Positions 59,406-64,000 of a DNA stretch of 64,000 nucleotides are shown here, one piece after another. The first letter of the stretch is position 1, and every line of letters begins with the position of its first letter. Below the pieces are notes generated by a model that saw only the letters and a list, made by a program, of their open reading frames with translations, ran no database searches and was not told where the DNA came from. A program made the position numbers and the translations under genes. The stretch comes from an uncultured delta proteobacterium (GTDB lineage Bacteria > Myxococcota_A > UBA9160 > SMWR01). The stretch is from the NCBI GenBank assembly GCA_963832165.1, contig CAWHTE010000001.1:800001-864000 (forward strand), in the 5' to 3' direction.

Positions 59406-61306
59406 TCATCCTGGATCAGCGCGTCGGTGGCGGCGGTGAAACCGACATCCAGCAGCGGGTCCCGTGGATCGCTGCGTTCATCCTGCTCGTGTTCTCGATC
59501 TTCTTCGCGCGGCTGTTCCAGCTCCAGGTGATCCAGACCGACGATTTCCGGCTGCGCTCGCTGCACAACTCCGTGCGCACGCTCCGCGTCGAGGCGCCGC
59601 GCGGCGACATCGTGGACCGCGACGGCCGGATCCTCGCCGCGACGCGCCCTGCGTTCGGCGTGCAGCTGATTCCACACGACGTGCGTCATCCCGACGTGGT
59701 GATCCCGGCGCTCGCGCAGCTGATCGATCGCGAGGCCGGCGAGGTGCGCAGCCAGATCGGCACTCCGCGCGGTCGCCTGCGCTACCAGCCGATCCGGCTC
59801 GCGGGAGATCTCTCCTATGACCAGCTCGCGCGCGTCGAGTCGCATCTCTATGCGCTCTCGGGGGTCGTCACCGACGTCCGCCCGCGCCGGCACTACGTGG
59901 GCGGCGATCTCGCCGCCCACGTGCTCGGCTACATCGGAGAAGTCGGGAGCGCGCAGCTCGAGACGAGCGCGTACTCCGACTATCAGCAGGGCGAGGTGAT
60001 CGGTCAGTCGGGCATCGAGGGCGTCGAGCAGGAGGCGCTGCGCGGGCGTGCGGGCGGAGTCAACCAGATCGTCGACGTCGGAGGCCGCGTGGTCGGCGTG
60101 GTCGACGAGATCGATCCGGTACCGGGCGGCACCGTACAGCTCACGATCGATCTCGATCTCCAGCAGGCGGCCGAGGCTGCGTTCGTGCCCGAAGTGCCGG
60201 GCGAGCACGCGCGCATGGGCGCCGTGGTGGCGCTCGATGTGCACACGGGCGACGTGCTCGCGATGGTGTCGAAGCCCACGTTCGATCCGAACGCGTTCGC
60301 GGGCGGCATCGATGGGCCTACCTGGAAGCACCTCACCACCGACAAATGGAAGCCGATCCAGAACCGCGCGATCTCGGGTCAGTATCCGCCGGGCTCCACG
60401 TACAAGGCGTTCGTCGCCGCGGCCGGACTCGAAGACGGTTTGATCGATCCGAACCGCCGGATCTTCTGCCCAGGCCACTTCCGATTCGGCAATCGCACCT
60501 ATCGGTGCTGGAAGCACGAGGGACACGGCTCGGTCGATCTCCACCGCGCGCTCGTCGAGTCGTGCGACGTCTACTTCTACACGATCGGCCGCGACCTCGG
60601 CGTGGATCGCCTCGCGTACTTTGCGCGCGGATTCAACCTCGGCGCGACCACGGGCATCACGCTTCCGCAGGAGAAGTCGGGCCTCGTTCCGACGGCTTCC
60701 TGGAAGGAGCGCCGGTTCAAGCAGGCGTGGATGGCGGGCGAGACGATCTCCGTTTCGATCGGCCAGGGTTTCAATCTCGTGACGCCGATCCAGCTCGCCG
60801 TGGCCTACGGTGCGATCGCAAACGGCGGCACGGTGGTGAAGCCGCGGCTCGTGCTGCGCGTGTCCGACACCGATGGGCGTCTCGTCGACGGACCGGAGCC
60901 CGAGGTCACGGGCCGCGTGCCCGTGAAGCGCGAGTACCTCGACCTCGTGCGCGCCGCGCTCGAAGGCGTGGTGGAAGGTCAAGGCGGTACCGGCGCGCGA
61001 GCGCGCGTGCCGGGCGTGCGCGTGGCGGGCAAGACGGGCACTGCGCAGGTCGTCGGTCTCAAGCACACCGAACACATCGACGAGAAGGAGCTCGCGTTCG
61101 AGCTGCGCGATCACGCCTGGTTCGTCGGATTCGCGCCCGCGGAGGCGCCCGAGATCGTGGTGGCGGCCGTGTCGGAGCACGGCGGGCACGGCGGCTCCGC
61201 GGCGGGGCCGATCGTGCAGAAGGTGCTCGCGCGTTATTTCGAGAAGCGCGCCGTGCAGGACGTGCCCTCGCAGGTGGCATGGATCGGCTCGGCGGGTCGC
61301 AGGTGA
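59402..61306 (+). CDS. mrdA: Penicillin-binding protein 2
   Basis: APRGDIVDR, PGSTYK (SxxK), SCD (SxD) and KTGT motifs. Confidence 0.93.
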   Translation: MIILDQRVGGGGETDIQQRVPWIAAFILLVFSIFFARLFQLQVIQTDDFRLRSLHNSVRTLRVEAPRGDIVDRDGRILAATRPAFGVQLIPHDVRHPDVVIPALAQLIDREAGEVRSQIGTPRGRLRYQPIRLAGDLSYDQLARVESHLYALSGVVTDVRPRRHYVGGDLAAHVLGYIGEVGSAQLETSAYSDYQQGEVIGQSGIEGVEQEALRGRAGGVNQIVDVGGRVVGVVDEIDPVPGGTVQLTIDLDLQQAAEAAFVPEVPGEHARMGAVVALDVHTGDVLAMVSKPTFDPNAFAGGIDGPTWKHLTTDKWKPIQNRAISGQYPPGSTYKAFVAAAGLEDGLIDPNRRIFCPGHFRFGNRTYRCWKHEGHGSVDLHRALVESCDVYFYTIGRDLGVDRLAYFARGFNLGATTGITLPQEKSGLVPTASWKERRFKQAWMAGETISVSIGQGFNLVTPIQLAVAYGAIANGGTVVKPRLVLRVSDTDGRLVDGPEPEVTGRVPVKREYLDLVRAALEGVVEGQGGTGARARVPGVRVAGKTGTAQVVGLKHTEHIDEKELAFELRDHAWFVGFAPAEAPEIVVAAVSEHGGHGGSAAGPIVQKVLARYFEKRAVQDVPSQVAWIGSAGRR

Positions 61307-61309
61307 GAC

Positions 61310-62407
61310 GTGCTCGGAGTTGATCGCCGCTCGGTACAGAACTTCGACTGGATGCTGCTCGGTCTGATCCTGTTGCTGTCCGCGACAGGGCTCGTGAATC
61401 TCTTCTCGGCCACCTGGACTCCGGACGGGCTCTCCGACGATATGCGGCGCCAGCTCTTGTCGTTCGGAATCGGCGCCGGCGTGGCGGTGGTGTGTGTCGC
61501 GATCGACTATCGCCACTTCGAACGCTTTGCGCTGCCCGCGTTCGGGCTCGTGCTCGTGGTGATTGCGATCACGATGATCGTGGCCCCCAACACGCGCGGC
61601 TCCCAGAGCTGGTTGTTCGGCGGCCGCGTGCAGCCGTCGGAGCTGGCCAAGGTGGGTCTCGTGCTCGCGCTCGCGCGCTATTTCCAGCGATATCCGCCCA
61701 GCCAGATCACGCGGCTGCGCGAGCTCGTGCGGCCCGGCGTGATCATCGCGCTTCCGGTCGGCCTGATCCTGGGTCAGGGCGACATGGGCGTGGCGCTGCT
61801 CACGCTGTTGATCGGCGGCACCTATCTCTTCCTCGTCCGGATTCCGTGGCGCGCGTGGTTCGCGGTCGCCGTGGCCGCTGCCGCGGCACTCGTGGCTCTG
61901 TGGACCTTCGTGCTCGCCGGGTACCAGAAGGACCGGATCCTCGCGGTCGCCGACCCGGGCCGCGATCCGCTCGCGTCGGGCTACCAGGTGACGCAGTCGC
62001 GCATTGCGATCGGCTCCGGCGGTCTGCTCGGAACCGGCTATCGCGAGGGCACCCAGACCCAGCTGCGCTTCCTGCCCACGCAACACACCGACTTCGCATT
62101 CTCGGTGCTCGCGGAGGAGTGGGGCTTCGTCGGCAGCTGTGCGGCGCTCGCGCTCTACGCGACTCTGCTCATGTGGGGGCTCGTCGTGGCGCGCAGCTCG
62201 AAGGACGAATTCGGCGCGCTGCTCGCGATCGGTGTCGTCGGATGTCTGTTCTGGCCAGCAGTGCTCAACGTCGCGATGGTGGTCGGGCTCGCGCCCGTGA
62301 TCGGCGTTCCGCTGCCGCTGTTCTCGTACGGCGGATCGGCGCTCGTCGTGACGCTCGCGCTGCTCGGCCTGCTCCTGAACGTCTCGATGCGCCGATACGT
62401 CTTCTAG
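61310..62407 (+). CDS. rodA: Rod shape-determining protein RodA
   Basis: QPSELAK, AIGSGG, HTDFAFS and PLFSYGGS motifs. Confidence 0.93.
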   Translation: MLGVDRRSVQNFDWMLLGLILLLSATGLVNLFSATWTPDGLSDDMRRQLLSFGIGAGVAVVCVAIDYRHFERFALPAFGLVLVVIAITMIVAPNTRGSQSWLFGGRVQPSELAKVGLVLALARYFQRYPPSQITRLRELVRPGVIIALPVGLILGQGDMGVALLTLLIGGTYLFLVRIPWRAWFAVAVAAAAALVALWTFVLAGYQKDRILAVADPGRDPLASGYQVTQSRIAIGSGGLLGTGYREGTQTQLRFLPTQHTDFAFSVLAEEWGFVGSCAALALYATLLMWGLVVARSSKDEFGALLAIGVVGCLFWPAVLNVAMVVGLAPVIGVPLPLFSYGGSALVVTLALLGLLLNVSMRRYVF

Positions 62408-62434
62408 CGCGCCGCCGCTGCTAACATCTCCCCC

Positions 62435-63133
62435 ATGTCTGCGTCCGCCGTCGTCCGCGTCCGCCCCCGGATCGGTGCGTTCTTCGACATGGACAAGACG
62501 CTGATCGCCGAGAACTCCGGCACGCTCATGATGAAGCACCGCTACGAGCGCGGCGAGATCGGAAATCTCGACCTGCTGAAGGGCATCGCGGTCTATCTCC
62601 AGTACAAGCTCGGCGTACTCGACATCCGCAGCTGGGCGCAGAGCGTGCTCGCGGAATACCGGGGAAAGAGCGAGGCGGACATCGAGAAGCAGTCGCGCGA
62701 GTGGTTCGACGCGCGGGTGGAGCCCGCGCTCTACCCCGAGGCGGAAGCGCTCGTGCGCGAGCACGACGCGGCCGGACACGTCGTGGCGATCGTCTCCGGT
62801 GCGACCAAGTTCGTCGTGCGCCCGCTCGCCGCGCGGCTCGGCATACGCCACATGCTCTACACGCGCCTCGAGGTCGAGGACGGATGCTTCACGGGCCGCG
62901 TGATCGATCCGATCTGCTTCGAAGAGGGCAAGATCTACTGGCTGCAGCAGCTGATCGAGGAAGAGGGGATCGACCTCGCCAAGAGCTACTTCTACACCGA
63001 CTCGATCACGGACCGCCCGCTCATGGACCTGGTCGCGCATCCGATCGCAGTGAATCCCGATCCGATGCTCTACCGCGAGGCGGTGCGGCGCAACTGGCCG
63101 GTGCGCTTCTTCACGCCGCCGGTGCGGCGTTAG
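62435..63133 (+). CDS. HAD-IB family hydrolase (SerB-like)
   Basis: FFDMDKTL, VSGA, GK and YTDSITD motifs. Confidence 0.88.
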   Translation: MSASAVVRVRPRIGAFFDMDKTLIAENSGTLMMKHRYERGEIGNLDLLKGIAVYLQYKLGVLDIRSWAQSVLAEYRGKSEADIEKQSREWFDARVEPALYPEAEALVREHDAAGHVVAIVSGATKFVVRPLAARLGIRHMLYTRLEVEDGCFTGRVIDPICFEEGKIYWLQQLIEEEGIDLAKSYFYTDSITDRPLMDLVAHPIAVNPDPMLYREAVRRNWPVRFFTPPVRR

Positions 63134-63134
63134 A

Positions 63135-63461
63135 TCAGGCCAGCAGGCCCTCGACCATCTTCTTGAAGTCCGCCTTCGGCCGTGCGCCCTGGATCTGCTG
63201 CACCACCTGGCCGTTCTTGAACGCGAGGATCGTGGGAATCGCGCGGACCCCGTACTGGCCCGGCGTGCCCGGGCTCTTGTCGATGTCCATCTTCACGATC
63301 TTCACGCGGTCGCCGTATTCAGCGGCGAGCTCGGAGATGATCGGCGCGATCTGGCGACACGGTGCGCACCACTCCGCCCAGAAATCGATGATCGCGGGCT
63401 TGTCGGACTTGAGCACCTCGGCGTCGAAGTCCTGGTCGGTCACCTCTTGTACCTTCGCCAC
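63135..63461 (-). CDS. trxA: Thioredoxin
   Basis: DFWAEWCAPC and IPT motifs. GTG start after aaggag. Confidence 0.92.
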   Translation of the reverse strand: MAKVQEVTDQDFDAEVLKSDKPAIIDFWAEWCAPCRQIAPIISELAAEYGDRVKIVKMDIDKSPGTPGQYGVRAIPTILAFKNGQVVQQIQGARPKADFKKMVEGLLA

Positions 63462-63600
63462 GAATCGCTCCTTGCTGAGTAGTCGGGCCGGCTGGATCCG
63501 CGCCCGGGACCCTCGGATGCCGGGCGCGCGCACCGGTTACGCAACCCCACGCTAGCGCGACGGGCACGCGTGTGGAACGGTTTCCGGCGGGGGCCGAACC

Positions 63601-64000
63601 ATGGGCCAACGGGAAGAGCGGGACGAGCGCGTCGCACGCGTCCGCGCGGCCTTCGAGGACAGCGTCGCTGCCAAGCGCGCGACGCTCGAAGCCTACGCGG
63701 GCGCGATCGCGGCCGCGGCGGAGCGCGTGATCGAGTGCTTCCGCGCCGATCACAGGCTGCTCGCTTTCGGGAACGGCGGCTCGGCCTCCGATGCCCAACA
63801 CCTGTGCGCGGAGCTCGCGGGTCGCTACGAACGCGAGCGCCCGGGTCTGCCCGCGATCGCGCTGACCTCGAACACCTCGGATCTCACGGCCATCGGGAAC
63901 GACTACGGCTACGACCGGGTGTTCGCGCGACTCGTCGAGGCGCACGGCCGTGCCGGCGACGTCGCCGTTGCGATCTCCACCTCGGGCAATTCGCCCAACG
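63601..64000 (+). CDS. gmhA: D-sedoheptulose 7-phosphate isomerase (SIS domain), truncated by the window edge
   Basis: My translation from ATG 63601 gives [19 protein letters not shown] and ISTSGNSPN. Confidence 0.9.
   Translation, partial: MGQREERDERVARVRAAFEDSVAAKRATLEAYAGAIAAAAERVIECFRADHRLLAFGNGGSASDAQHLCAELAGRYERERPGLPAIALTSNTSDLTAIGNDYGYDRVFARLVEAHGRAGDVAVAISTSGNSPN

Overview
A very GC-rich bacterial chromosome segment. The gene content (dif-type chemosensory cluster, PEP-CTERM proteins, ExeA, CdaA) points to Myxococcota or a related deltaproteobacterial lineage; this is inference. The left ~25 kb is mostly accessory lipid, acyl-CoA and possibly steroid catabolism: three crotonases (one EchA19-like), an SDR, an acyl-CoA ligase, a CoA-transferase, a P450, a sulfotransferase, a DUF1214 protein and an amidohydrolase. 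It also holds two PEP-CTERM surface proteins, a diadenylate cyclase-YbbR fusion, CNNM/TerC proteins and tRNA-Phe. The right part is core genome: ggt, an M16 peptidase, hemW-hrcA-grpE-dnaK-dnaJ, an LpoA-like lipoprotein, lon, thiL, MCP-cheW-cheY-cheA-cheC, larB-larC, an esterase, groES-groEL with a CIRCE box, lexA, two PTPS genes with folE, cbpA-cbpM, ppiD, mreBCD-mrdA-rodA, a HAD hydrolase, trxA and gmhA. Four things stand out. (1) A stand-alone 69-aa histone-fold protein at 48639-48848 with a full alpha3 helix and archaeal/NF-YB-like motifs. (2) A cheA split at an in-phase A9 run followed by a hairpin, a candidate programmed -1 frameshift giving free Hpt plus full CheA. (3) A dispersed ~90-bp REP-like repeat, one copy of which supplies the thiL stop codon. 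(4) A zincin-like unknown gene directly upstream of lexA. Several genes carry single-base indels that look like long-read errors, so every frameshift call needs read-level checking.
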